In this document: positions 51,285-62,601 of the stretch, piece by piece
Numbering within the stretch: the stretch's first letter is position 1
Layout: each line of letters starts with the position of its first letter
Notes under the pieces: generated by a model
What the model was told of the DNA's origin: nothing
The model's input: only the letters and a program-made list of their open reading frames with translations
The model's database searches: none
NCBI GenBank assembly: GCA_010356995.1
Contig: ML996707.1
Span: 310,001 to 374,000, forward strand
Length of the DNA: 64,000 bases
Origin: Trichodelitschia bisporula
Lineage: Eukaryota
Direction: 5' to 3'
Program-made: the position numbers and the translations under genes

Positions 51285-54200
51285 ATGGCCGCTCTGCCGA
51301 CCCTTTCGCCTATTCACCAGCAAATACCGTTACCTGCACAAATTTACCACTCGCAAGCATGGCTCTCAGTGCTGGTCTGGATTGCAGAATGTGTACCAGA
51401 GCAGGGGAAACCCATCTTAGACTTGCTGCATAAGATGAACTCGAAGGGTATCGACTGGAATTCGGAGGATATCGACTGGACGGGCGTTGACGAACCGAAG
51501 CTTAAGAGAGCAATGGCCGAATTTCCTATCGACCTCAATTGCTGGCTACACCAAGTCATCTTCAAGATCGAGGAGTACCACAGAACGCGCGACTGCGAAA
51601 ACTTGAAGGCCGACAAGGCCTCTGATAAATGTTACAAAAACATTACCAGCATTAGTAAAATCCTGAATGCTGTCGCTGTCCCGCCAACGTTTCCACTCAA
51701 GGCGGTTCCCATCAAACTGGATCACAGGTGCATTTCCCTCACGGCTCTCTCCCAAGCTGTACGGGATTCATCCAAGCGTCCTCGTACCTTATCGTCGGAT
51801 GCTTGTGAGAACGTCTGCTCACATCTTTTAGGCAAGTTTGTGTCTGTTCCTTGCCTCCAAACGCGCCCCCACTGAACCATGTTTTGGACCCGGTCGGGTT
51901 AAATGTGTTCTTTAACCTAGCAGAATCCAGTTTCACTCGCAAATACCTCAAAGGAGTATGGGAGAAGCGTGAGCGCAAAAGCGGCGATCATTTTACCGCA
52001 GCGGTTCTTACCGCAGCTGGCCTTGAGTTCTACGCGTGGGGGGTAGTGTCCATCTTTAGGCCAGACCAGAGAGTCGTCGCCAAGCTCAAAGTAGGGGATC
52101 CGATCCAGCACCATCATCTGATCAACGCGGTCTATCAGAAGAGTGCGGCGAAGCAGGCGGCCGACGACACCAGGGTCCCCAAGCTGATGGAAGAAATTGC
52201 GCACCAGTCCGAGGTGTTGACTGCCACTATGTCTCCAAACTCCCTTCCGTTCCTTCGGCCCTTTAAGGAGGTCTCAGGCAAGGACTTGGAATTCCTCGCA
52301 CGGCTGATGCTTGACCAACTTTATGATCATCGCTGCAAGCAGGACAACTACCTGAACCTGCAAAACTCCAACTTGGATGGATTTGCGAAGGCCTTGCACG
52401 AAGTGACGCTTAAAGGACTTGTGACACCCGAGGCTGTCCTTGCTGGCCGCATCCTGCTTGACATCCGGCGTATCTTCAAGGACAACTACCCCGGCCGTGA
52501 GAATATTAAGCACCAGGCCAAGCTGGTTATTGAGAAGTTCGAGTTGGACATGGTTGATGACGCGTTGGTATACAAGCCGCTTTTTAACCACATGCCGATG
52601 GCCAAGATGATGATGTCGAACCTCTACCTCTTCATCGGGTACTTCTGTGCACGCAACAGCGCAACCCACCTCTGGAAGCTCCATCTGCGGCTTTCTTACA
52701 ACTTTGATAAGAAGGAGAAGCGTGAGCCCCACTCCATCCTGCCATCAACGCGTGACTTGTGTACCGACGGCAATCCAATGCGTTGCGCGCTTCTGGAGTT
52801 AATGCTTGCCTCAAAGACCGAGGACGTTCGGTTAGGCTTTGCAAATTACACCTGCACTATCGCCCCCATGGCGCACCTCTTCAACGCTATGAATGTGATG
52901 GGGTTTTGTGAGCGCGGTTGGCATCGTCTACAAGAATGCATGGCATATCAGGGGCCCAGCATTTTTGGCTCGGACGTTGAGCTACCCAAGTCTCGCCAAA
53001 GCTTCCTCTCGGTCATGGAAAACCGCCTATGCGATGATACGTCTGATGGTACCTTGCGCCGCCCGCCTTGCGGCTGGAGATGGCAAATGACCCGGTCCCC
53101 GGCTACGGACATTTTAAGTGATCTCCTGCAGTGCGAAAGCAACTTCCCGTGGCACCATGAGGTTATGTTGCGTCTCGAACAATGCTACAAGCGGGTACAG
53201 GCTGCGCCTTGCGGAGAAGAAATTGGCGTCCAAAGGAGTGACCCGCAGCCAACCATCAAGGGAATTACAGCGGCGACGTTCCTCGACCGGCTCGAGACGC
53301 TGGTAACGGCGGCTCAAACTGAAATCAACTTTGACTACATCAAGCTTTCGGAGGACTGCTTCTTCATCCTGTGCACCATTTACAACACCCTTCTCTACTG
53401 CGATTATGCGATGGTAAGTTCCCGAGTGGAGTACATGTCACGCTCTGATATTTCCAGTTGCCAGTCCGCCCTTCTTGGGAGAGGCGCGGAATCTTTCATG
53501 TCGAGCTCACGTACATGTGTCACCTGCTCCTGGAGGAACTGGCGGAAGCCGGCGATGAACCCGACTACACGAAAGTTCTGGGCATCGTCATCGCCGCCAA
53601 AACCTTTGACGAAGTGGTCAATCAATGGCCGACGCTCGACAAACGCAAGCAGTACACGCTTATGTATATTCAGGGAAAGGGGGTTGAGCTCAAGGCCGAT
53701 CATCCCCTTCCGTACGCGGAACTCGGAGACCCGGACGAAGAGAACTTGAAGGATCGTTACGGCTGGTGTCAGCATGAGTTCGAAGGCAAATTACACGGAG
53801 TGCCAATGCAATGCCCCTACGATCGGGGTGTAGGCCATATAGCGCAGTTTCGCAGTTTGTTCGAGGAGCACGAGGGAGGAGAGTATAGCATCTCGCAACC
53901 TTTGTCTCTCAAGCGCGAGAGATCGCCTCCGCGCCCCATCCTCAACCCCTCTTCTACGCCGCCCACACTCGACAGTACCGTCGTCGCCCAACCCGTCGGC
54001 GAAAACCAGGCACCACCGACCCGTCCACCACCGGGAACTCTGGCTTCCGCGCCCCTACCAGCCAGCGGCGCTGTGCCCACGGTGACGGAGGAGCCGGCCA
54101 CGGATGGCGGGGAGGAGGAACTCATATTCATTTCGTCGGCGTCTGACTCTCACCGGATAGGAGATCATCCAACCCGCCCGCTGGCGGAGAACGTGAAGGT

Positions 54201-56028
54201 CGTGGCCAAGGACTATAAGAAGGTGGCCGAGGAAAGCGGGCCGGAGGATATTAGAGCAGCAGAGGTTCGACCGTCTGAGCCGGCCCGGCAAGGAGATGAC
54301 CGAGCCCTCCTGTTGGCGGAAGGGCTGAAAGATGTAAAGAAGGCGACGCGTGCGAAGAAGAAAAATAGGCCTACAGACAGTCGAACGGAGACTACGACTA
54401 CGGATCCCTCGCCGCCTGGAACGGAGAACGGCGGAGAGGCCACTGCGAGTACGACTACCACCAGCAATGATGGGAAGGACAAGGCTGCGCCTCCTCTGGC
54501 CTCCGCGCCCTTGCCAACCAGCGGCACTGTTCCCACGCAGGGACAGACGCCTACGGTGACGGAGGATCCGGCCAAGGACAGGGACTGGAAAGATATCGCG
54601 AGAGTGGAAGCTGAGGTGTCTGAGATGGTCCGGCAAGGAGATGACCGACCCACCCCGTTAAGGGAAAAGCTGAAAGGTGTAAAGAAGGCGACGCGTGCAA
54701 CGAAGGCAAAGGTGGATGCAGATATCCGAATGGAGGCTACGAGGACGGCAAATCCCTCGCCACTTGGAACGGGGAACGGCAGAGAGGCTACTGTGAGTAC
54801 GACTGCCACCAGTAATCAGGGGAAGGGCAAGGCTGCGCCTCCCCCGGCCCCCGCGCCCTTGCCAGACAGTGACACCGTACCCACGCAGGTACAGACACCT
54901 ACGGTGACTGAGAATCCGGCCGAGGATCGCGATTATGAGGAGATCAAGAGCGCAGACGCTCTGGTGTCTGAGATGGTCAGGCAAGGAGGTAACCGAGCCT
55001 CCTTCTCCGTGGAATGCATGAAAGCTGTAAAGGTGGGGCATGCAAAGAGGGCAAAGATGACTGCAGATAGCAGAACGGACGCTACGAGGACGACGAATCC
55101 CCCGTCTCCCGGGACCGGGGACGGCGGAGTGGCCATCGCGAGTACGACTACCACCAGCAATGAGGGGAAGGACAGCGCTGTTCTCCTCCCGGCTCGAATA
55201 TCCGGCGTCCAAAGTGCCCTGCAGCCGGTAGGTGACCATCCCAGATTGATTCGGCTTCCGACGACAGAGGAGTCGGCCGCGGACAGCAGTAAGGAGGCTA
55301 CTGCGGCGTCGGAACCCGTGTTCCCTGGGACGGGGAACAGCGAGGAGGCTACCACGGCCCCGACTGGCACTACCGATGAGGGGAAGAACCCGGCCAAGGT
55401 ACCGGATGAGACAGCCGCGGATCGTGGATCGGAAGCTACTGTTCCGAAAATCCTGCTGACTGGGCCGGAAAACAGCGCGGAAGTTACCGGGGAGGTCACC
55501 GAGGATATCACCAGGTCCTTGACTGGCACTGCCGAGGGCCAGAACTCGGCTGTGGCGCTGGAGGAGAGGGTGGCGGATTGCAAAGCGGGGGCTTCTCCTC
55601 CTCCTACTCCCCTTCTTCTTTCTCCTCCTCCTCATCATCCTCCTCTTACTCGTCCCCCTCCTCCTCCTTCGCCTCCTCTTTCTCCTCCGAAAACCCGGTT
55701 ATGTGGGTCAGGGAACAGTGCGGAGCTCACCGAAAGGGTCTATAAGGCGATCACCACAATTCCAAGTGGCCCCACCAACAAGGGCACGGGCCCAGCCACG
55801 GGGACGGAGAGAACGGCCGCGGATCACGACGCATCGGAGTCTTCCCCTCATGGCCGGGGGTCAGTGAGCGACAGTCTTGGAGAAGGAGGAGGGGAAGCAA
55901 GGGCCCCTGATCCGACTTCGGCTCACCTGCCCGGTGAATCACTTGAAATAACGGAGCTAATGGAAGGCTTACTAAACCGTCTGTCTGCGTCTCGGAACGA
56001 TCGACACGTGAAGCGGGGCCGGGTGTAG
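51285..56028 (+). CDS. Large orphan protein (~1500 aa): helical N-terminal two-thirds, repeat-rich disordered C-terminus; introns 51832-51920 (GC-AG) and 53414-53457
   Basis: Three long overlapping ORFs are joined in frame by AG|GCAAGT..TTAAC.TAG and GTAAGT..CTGAT..CAG. Motifs ILLDIRRIF, NPMRCA, MAHLFNA..W..G..IFG are reminiscent of DUF6604-containing fungal proteins (from memory, unverified). 5' end uncertain. Confidence 0.6.
54039..55200 (+). repeat. About 3 diverged coding repeats of ~348 nt (116 aa)
   Basis: AGTACGACT.CCACCAG.AAT at 54448, 54796, 55141; (L/P)A(S/P)APLP..VPT at 54039, 54496, 54844. Confidence 0.85.
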
Positions 56029-56576
56029 CGATGGACTGGATGGGGGTTGGCACCTTTCTATGCGCGTTTATGTGTGTTCGGGCACCGGGTTGTGGTTTGG
56101 CTATACGAAGCATTCGTTAGAAGGTGTTATTTCTGTGTGGTGTTGGACAAGGTCGGCTCTCGTTTTCGGCCGGGTTATGGCGCTCAAGGGAACCCATGGT
56201 TGTTTTGGTGTATCAAGACTTTGACAATTTGGGTTGCATTCTTCGTTCATATGCACTTTTCGCTGATATGCATTCTTCGCTGATATGAATTCTTCGCTCA
56301 TAGGTGTTGGGTTTCACAGTCCCAAGCCTCAGTGATGAAGCTATGACACCCGTCGACTTCCAAAGCTCACGAACCTCGACCGACTTCACAATGCTAGGGG
56401 CATAAGGAGTACATAAATCTTGGAGTACATCCTCCAACGAATTTTTTTTTTCTCTACTGTTCCACTGATCTGTAGACCGCCGTAAAGCACTGAGCTCATC
56501 GAACTTAGCGCTTTGACAGCAATTCTGCACGCATAGCTTGCCTCTACCCCTTGCTCTCCTTCCCTTCTTGGACGGA

Positions 56577-57188
56577 ATGGCTTCCTTCCTTCCAGAATTG
56601 CTGAAGCGTATCGTCGAGCACGATCGCTCTTCGAAGGAGACCTCAGATAAACCCCCAAAGCGCAGCATGCTCAGCATTCGTAGGAGCAAGGAGAAAGATC
56701 CGGAGGCCTCGCACTCGGAGGCTCTCGCCGCGGAAGAGTTTCAAACGCTCCATCACATCTTTCCGCACAGCCGCTGCGAGGTCGGTTTGGCGGACGAGAC
56801 CGCGCATGCTCCTCTGTCGCTCATCTGGCATGAAGACGCGCGGGATCCCAACTTCCCGGAGTACTTTTGGGATCCCGACGCTGCGGAAATTGACAAGGAC
56901 GAGCTTCAGGAATTATGGGACCGGCTCGAGCGGCCCATCTCCTTAGGCGAGTCTCTCGACTCTATCATATTCGAGCCGTCGCCATGGATCTCTCCGGCTG
57001 GAAGTCGAGAGTCAGCTGCACTTGAAAGAGAGTCAATCGACTCCATCTTACATGGCAGCATGTCGAGCGGCTCGAGCGACTTCGACCGGACATCATGGTA
57101 CACTGCGACTGGGAGTCGACGGTTATTTGACAGCGATGAGAGTGTCTATTATTCCGCATGTAGCGAAAACAGCTGGGTACTCGCATGA
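56577..57188 (+). CDS. Array unit 1 ORF (203 aa, acidic/Ser-rich, divergent N-terminus MASFLPELLKR)
   Basis: ATG 245 nt downstream of the unit dyad; open frame; no recognisable domain. Confidence 0.55.
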   Translation: MASFLPELLKRIVEHDRSSKETSDKPPKRSMLSIRRSKEKDPEASHSEALAAEEFQTLHHIFPHSRCEVGLADETAHAPLSLIWHEDARDPNFPEYFWDPDAAEIDKDELQELWDRLERPISLGESLDSIIFEPSPWISPAGSRESAALERESIDSILHGSMSSGSSDFDRTSWYTATGSRRLFDSDESVYYSACSENSWVLA

Positions 57189-57873
57189 TTAGCTTGCGAC
57201 AGAAATTGAAATTTGTCTGAATTACACAACTGCCCCATATGCCGCCTGAAGTGAAGTGAATTGCTAGCTTAGTAGTCCGAAGGGCCGATGATTAGCCACA
57301 CGTACTGTTGGAATGCCTGTGTTTTTGCGCTGTTTTGGGGCGGAGGCTCACCCTCTGTATTCTGTCTTGATTTGGAGCTCGAGGTAGTGCATGATGTGTT
57401 CGGTAATGCGGATGTTTGGCAGGAGCATTGTTATCAGGGAGGGGCACACTTATCTGAGGAAAGAATATACGCTATGCGCGCATAATGGGAGGAAGGAACA
57501 TAGGAAGAGATTTGCCACATTGTGTGTTGAATCTCGATCTCGGTTGCATTCTTCTTTAATAGGCCGGAGTTTCACAGTCGCAGACCTTAGTGATGAAGTT
57601 AGATCATGTCTCTCGGCTTCCAAAGCTCACGAATCTCAACAGTGAAGAAGGTATATCCCCATGCATCAGCTTCCAAGCCTCACGAGCCTCGACCGCCTTC
57701 ATAATCTTGGGGTCCTACGGAGAAATATATATCGTGGAGTATATCCTCCAAAGAATTCTTTTACTCTCCAGATCTCCAGTTCTCTGCAGACCCCCTTGAA
57801 GCCCCCAGCTCTTCAAACCATCTTTGAGCTGAACACTTTTCCCTCTCCTCGATCCTCCCATTCCGTTGTCAGA

Positions 57874-58266
57874 ATGGCTTTCCGCCTCTGGAAGTGTTTG
57901 AAGAAGCAGGTCGCCGGGTTGGGCGATAAGCTCAGTGGCAAGAAGAAGGGCCCGCTCCCTCAGCCTCGCGGCTCCGGGGCCGGCTCGTTGAATGCAGCCC
58001 CTGGAGCTCAGGCTCCTCTTCAGGGAAAGCCGCTGCCACCGTTGCCTGTCGGGTTGAATAAGCCACTGCCGCCGTTGCTTGTCGGGCCGGGGAATCCTGC
58101 GCCGCTGGATCCTGCTGTCAACGGCCCGGAGTTTTTCTCGGACCTCATCGCGGAGGACCTTAACGGAGGCGGCGTGCACATTGATGACGAAGAAGAGTAC
58201 AACTGGGATGGCTTCAACTTGAGGGCCACTCCTCCGTCGGCACCGATACCGCAAGAGCAGAACTAG
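57874..58266 (+). CDS. Array unit 2 ORF (130 aa): MAFRLWKCLKKQVAGLGDKL..., with KPLPPL x2
   Basis: Family N-terminal motif; intact frame. Confidence 0.65.
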   Translation: MAFRLWKCLKKQVAGLGDKLSGKKKGPLPQPRGSGAGSLNAAPGAQAPLQGKPLPPLPVGLNKPLPPLLVGPGNPAPLDPAVNGPEFFSDLIAEDLNGGGVHIDDEEEYNWDGFNLRATPPSAPIPQEQN

Positions 58267-58546
58267 GCTTCTGGGGTTAGTGATAAAAATGAAAATTAGT
58301 TTGACTTGGATAGTTGCGGCATATCGCGTGAAAAAAGTGGAGTGAAGAAACTAAAGTGAAGAATTTGCCGCTAAATTAATGGTCTGAAGAGCCTGAGATC
58401 AGCCTTGTGTACTGCTAGGAGGCGTTACGTGCTGCGTGGTGGTAAGCGAGGCTGACTCTTTTGTCGGCGTGGATTTTGGGATCAAGTAAGCGCGTGGTGG
58501 CTCTCGGTACATTGAGATATTATCAGGTCTAGTTCGCATTCTCCGT

Positions 58547-58832
58547 TGTCAGACTGAAGGCCTTCTAAGGTTCGCCAGCATCTAACAGTTGAGTGTTTCA
58601 GCCTTTCATGGTCAAACAAGGTTAGTCACAATGGGATGGAACAGTGATTATTCTCAAAAGACCGCGCCGGGCGGTACTTTTTACTGCGAGCTAGAGTTAT
58701 CGTTAAGTTTGCTTCATTTTCCATAAATGCTCTAGATAGTTGAACGGTTTCTTCTCCATATTGAAATCATCATCATTATCCTCTCAAAACCCACCCGCGG
58801 TGTTGCTCATCCTTGCTTCACCGTGTGTGACA
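58547..58832. mobile_element. Probable solo LTR or TE remnant (286 bp) in the unit 2-3 spacer
   Basis: Termini TGTCAGAC...GTGTGACA (TG..CA, 7/8 inverted); absent from the homologous spacers; no clear target-site duplication. Confidence 0.45.
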
Positions 58833-59144
58833 CTATACATTCTTCGTTAAGGCGTTAGACTTTCACAGCTGCCAGACCACATCAGAAGGCTCGGCATTGG
58901 TGGTGATGTTGTATCACGTCCACCGGCTTCCTTCCGAACCTCACGAACCTCAACCGACTTCACATGATAGTCCTAAGTGATGAAGCTATATCACAATCCG
59001 TCGGCGTTCAAGCCTCACAACCCTCCATCGACATCACAATCTCAAGGGACCTAGGGAGTATGTAAACTGTGCCGTATCTCCTCCAATAAATTCGTTTCCT
59101 CCCTACACCTCTCTACGCCCATTCTTCCCTCTCTCTTCTTTAGC

Positions 59145-59828
59145 GTGGATCCCAGCATCTGGAAATCGCTGAAAAAGCAGACCGCTGAGCTCGGCGATAA
59201 GCTTACCGCTAGTACTCAGAAGAAGAAGGATGACGCCTCTCGGCCTCGTCCCTCACCGATCTTTGAGTGGGCCCCGACCGCCATGATGTATCGCGGAATT
59301 AGGTCTGAGGACGCGGAAGACGTCTCTCGGCCTCGCACCGCTGGGCCTTCCACCTCTCGGCCTCCCACCGCTCGGCGTCCCACCGCTCGACCTTCCACCT
59401 CTCGGCCTCCCCCCTCTCGGCCTCGCACCTCTCGGTCTCGCACCTTACCGGGCAATGAGCGGGGCCCGACCACTGAGGATTATCGCCGGATCCGTCTGAG
59501 GACCTGGGAGGCGCTTCTCGGCCTCGCACCTGGGTCTGTGGATCCGGAAGGCGCCGTCCCGGGACTCGGCGAGGCATCTACAGATAAATCTGAGCCGACG
59601 CGGGAATTTAAAGGCCGGCCCGAGCGGCGCAGGTCCTGTGCCGGGGTCGAATGCACCGGGGAAAGCGATGACAACGACTCGCTTTACGGAATCGAGTCGA
59701 CTAAGAACACCTCATTTGGTAGGATGCCTGCGCTCTCGAAGACGCAGTCGGCTTACCCCGGGCTGCAAAGGAATAATCACTTTTGAGGTTGGAGCAATAC
59801 TAACTCAGTGCTAGGCTTTTGTGGTTAG
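59145..59828 (+). pseudogene. Array unit 3 gene with start codon GTG instead of ATG; VDPSIWKSLKKQTAELGDKL...; intron 59719-59814
   Basis: Family motif but GTGGAT where paralogues have ATGGCT; internal 15-nt repeats 59325-59445; frame otherwise open. Confidence 0.55.
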
Positions 59829-60335
59829 GGATAAAAATCTAGAAATCGAATACATTCTGACGAGGATAAATGCCATGTATCGCGTGAAGTGAAGTGAAGT
59901 GAAGTAAGTGCTGCCAACGCAGTAATATGAAGAGCCTCAGATTAGCCTTGTGTACTTCTAGGATGCGTTTTGATGTAGTCATGGCAGGAATATTGATACG
60001 GAAGGAGCATAGGAGGATACTTAGCATCGTGCATGTAGGCTCGAGTCTCTACTCTCTTTAGTCTGCCTAGAACATGCGCTCGAGAAAGCGCGTGACAGGC
60101 TCGGTACATAGAGACGTTATCTGGTCCAGGCCGTATTCTCCGTTCCTAGGCGTTAGAATTTCATACGTGTCAGGCCAGAAGACTCACATCAGTGATGAAG
60201 TTGCATTACGTCTATAGGCTTCCAAACCTCACGGCCCTCAACCGACATCACAATCTCAAGGGCTTAAGGAGTACATGAATCGCGCCGTATCCTCTAACAA
60301 ATTTCTTTCTTCCCCGCACCTCTCTCTTCTTCAGC

Positions 60336-60779
60336 ATGGCTCATCCCTGGAAACTGTTGAAAAAGCAGGCGGCCGAGCTCCGCGAAAAGCTTACTGTTGG
60401 CAGTCAAAAGAAGAAGTCTACCCCCGGGCCTCGCACCTCCTGGTTCTATACGTGGGACCCAGTTACCATGACCTAGCGCCAGTCCAGGTATAAAGACCCG
60501 GATGCCGACGGGGAGTCTACGGACGGGCGTGAGCCGGCCTGGGAATTCGAAGATGCGCCCGAGCAGCGCCGCTCCTGGGCCATCGATACGATTAAATCGC
60601 TCGACGCCATTTCGTTCGGTAAGGTGCCGTGCCTTGCGAAGACGCAGTCCATATAGGAATTTAACTGCAATGGGAATCTGCTCTGAGGCTGTTGCAATAC
60701 TAACTGGGTACTAGGGTTTTGGGTTGGTAACAGAAATCTAAGGATTGAATTTAGTTTGACGAGAATAGCTGCCATGTGA
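60336..60779 (+). pseudogene. Array unit 4 gene MAHPWKLLKKQAAELREKL... with in-frame TAG at 60474-60476; intron 60619-60714
   Basis: Frame continues after the TAG (ESTDGREPAWEFEDAPEQRRSW) and aligns with unit 3 (EASTDKSEPTREFKGRPERRRSC). Confidence 0.65.
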
Positions 60780-60820
60780 AGTAAGTAAAGTGAAGTAGTT
60801 ACTACGAGCTAAAATGAAGA

Positions 60821-61518
60821 GTGATGTGGGCATGGAGACAGGTAGGCATCAAGGCAAACATCCTAATTTGGGTGATACGCTGTCCTGATGACGGTTATCA
60901 TGAGCTTGTTGGCACGCTGCCAGATCTTCAATATGCTTTCGAAGTTGGCGGCGGGCTCCCTTTCGTTGCGACGTGCAACGATACTGACCCCGTCATCGAC
61001 ACGGAGCCGGATCTTCCTACTCGTCACGAAAGGGAGCCCGCTGCTAACTTCGAAAGCAGATTGAAGATCTGGCAGCGTGCCAACAAGCTCATGATGGCCG
61101 TCATTAGGGAGCGTATCACCCAAGCTGGCCCATAACCTGTGAGAAATGGGTGCCAAAGGGGTGAGTAAACGTGGTGATTGCATTGATTGAGGTTAGGAAG
61201 TGGGAAATATCCTACTTCCTAACACCAATGGGCTGATGACTAATACACATATTATGTGACTACATCAAATCACGTTTGCTCAGTGGCTCCATCACACATG
61301 ATTGCAACACCTAACCCAGGCATGTGATTTCGTTGGAAGGAATATCACATTCGGGAAGGCACAAGGGTAAGAGAGTGGAAGGAGCTATAGGAATAATATA
61401 TGCCACATCATATACTTAGTCCGGAGAGTCTCTTGACTCTCTTTTCCCGTCGTCTTTTATCAAATGCTTCACATTTCAACGTCGCACTGCACCAGCCATG
61501 AGCCCTGCCATACATCAC
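60821..61518. mobile_element. 698-bp insertion in the unit 4-5 spacer with short terminal inverted repeats and an internal fold-back
   Basis: Ends GTGATGT...ACATCAC; interrupts ATGAAGA|..TCAGAT.AGCCTTG, which is contiguous in the unit 3-4 spacer. Confidence 0.55.
60868..61123. repeat. Long inverted repeat: arms 60868-60966 and 61026-61123, 59-nt loop
   Basis: Arms are reverse complements with 7 substitutions and 1 indel over ~98 bp. Confidence 0.95.
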
Positions 61519-62106
61519 AAAGGTTCAGATGAGCCTTGCGTACTGCTAGGACGCGTTTGATGTAGTCGTGGCAGGAATATTGATACGTGAAGAAGCTGCA
61601 TATCTTTTAGGAAAGAACATGATCTAATGTGAGCATGATGGGAAGAAGGAGCGTAGGAGAATACTTAGCATCGTATATTTAGACTCGAGAGCCTCTACTC
61701 TCTTTGGTTCGCCTAGATGCTGGGCTCGTGTAAGCGCGTGGCAGGCTCGGTATTTCGAGGCGTTATCGGATCTAACTCACTTCGTTAATAGACATTGTTC
61801 GTTAATAGGCGTTAGACTTCCACACTCACTAGGATCCAACAGAAGGCTCACATCAGGGATGAATTTCCATCACGTCGATCAGTTTCAAACCTCACTCACC
61901 TCAGCAGTGATGAACTTCCATCACGTCTATCAGTTTCTAAACTTTACTCACCTCAACCGACATCACAATCCCAAGGGCCTAGGAACAATATGAATCGCGC
62001 CGTACATTCTCAAACGAATTATTTTCCTCCTCACCCCCAATATCCCCAATAACCCCAATACCCTCAACGCCCTCAGCACCCTCTCTCTTCTCCGTCTTCC
62101 TTTACT

Positions 62107-62601
62107 ATGGCTCCCAGTTTCTGGCAACAGCTGAAAAAGCAGGCCACCGGCCTCCGCGAAAAGACCGCTGCTTACGCTCTCACGAAGAAGGATAGTAGTA
62201 AGATAAAGGCTGCCCCCCAGCCTCGCACCTCGCGGGATGCAACCGCCGGTATTCCTCGCCGGCACCAGAACGCGGACGCGTACGTGGCGGTCCTGGGCGA
62301 CATCTGATATCCTGAAGGGTTGGATGATACTTATAACCCTGGTTGGGTATCATTTACTATTGTGCCCACGCGGCGCTGGAGCTGGGCTGGCTTCGAGTGT
62401 ACCCGTGAGAACGATGCGGACTCCGAGTATAGCGATAGGGAATCCGAATTTTAAGGAAGTTGGAGCGATCGATGCGATGGAGAGGATCGAGGATATCCCA
62501 TTCGGTAAGGTACCTTTGATGTCGAAGAAGCGATTGTTTTAGGGACTTAACTGCGGTAGGAGAGTGGGTTGAGATTAGCTGCAATGCTAACAACAATTAA
62601 G
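62107..62601 (+). pseudogene. Array unit 5 gene MAPSFWQQLKKQATGLREK... with premature TGA (62305-62307) and a later stop/frameshift; intron-like 62505-62601
   Basis: Post-stop frame RRWSWAGFECTRENDADS aligns with unit 3 RRRSCAGVECTGESDDNDS. Confidence 0.6.

Noticed and set aside
59719..59786. FG(K/R)(V/M)PxL(A/S)KT as a proven conserved C-terminal protein motif
   Set aside because: It coincides with a conserved splice donor and intron, so the peptide similarity may just reflect nucleotide homology. Kept only as a possible retained-intron isoform.
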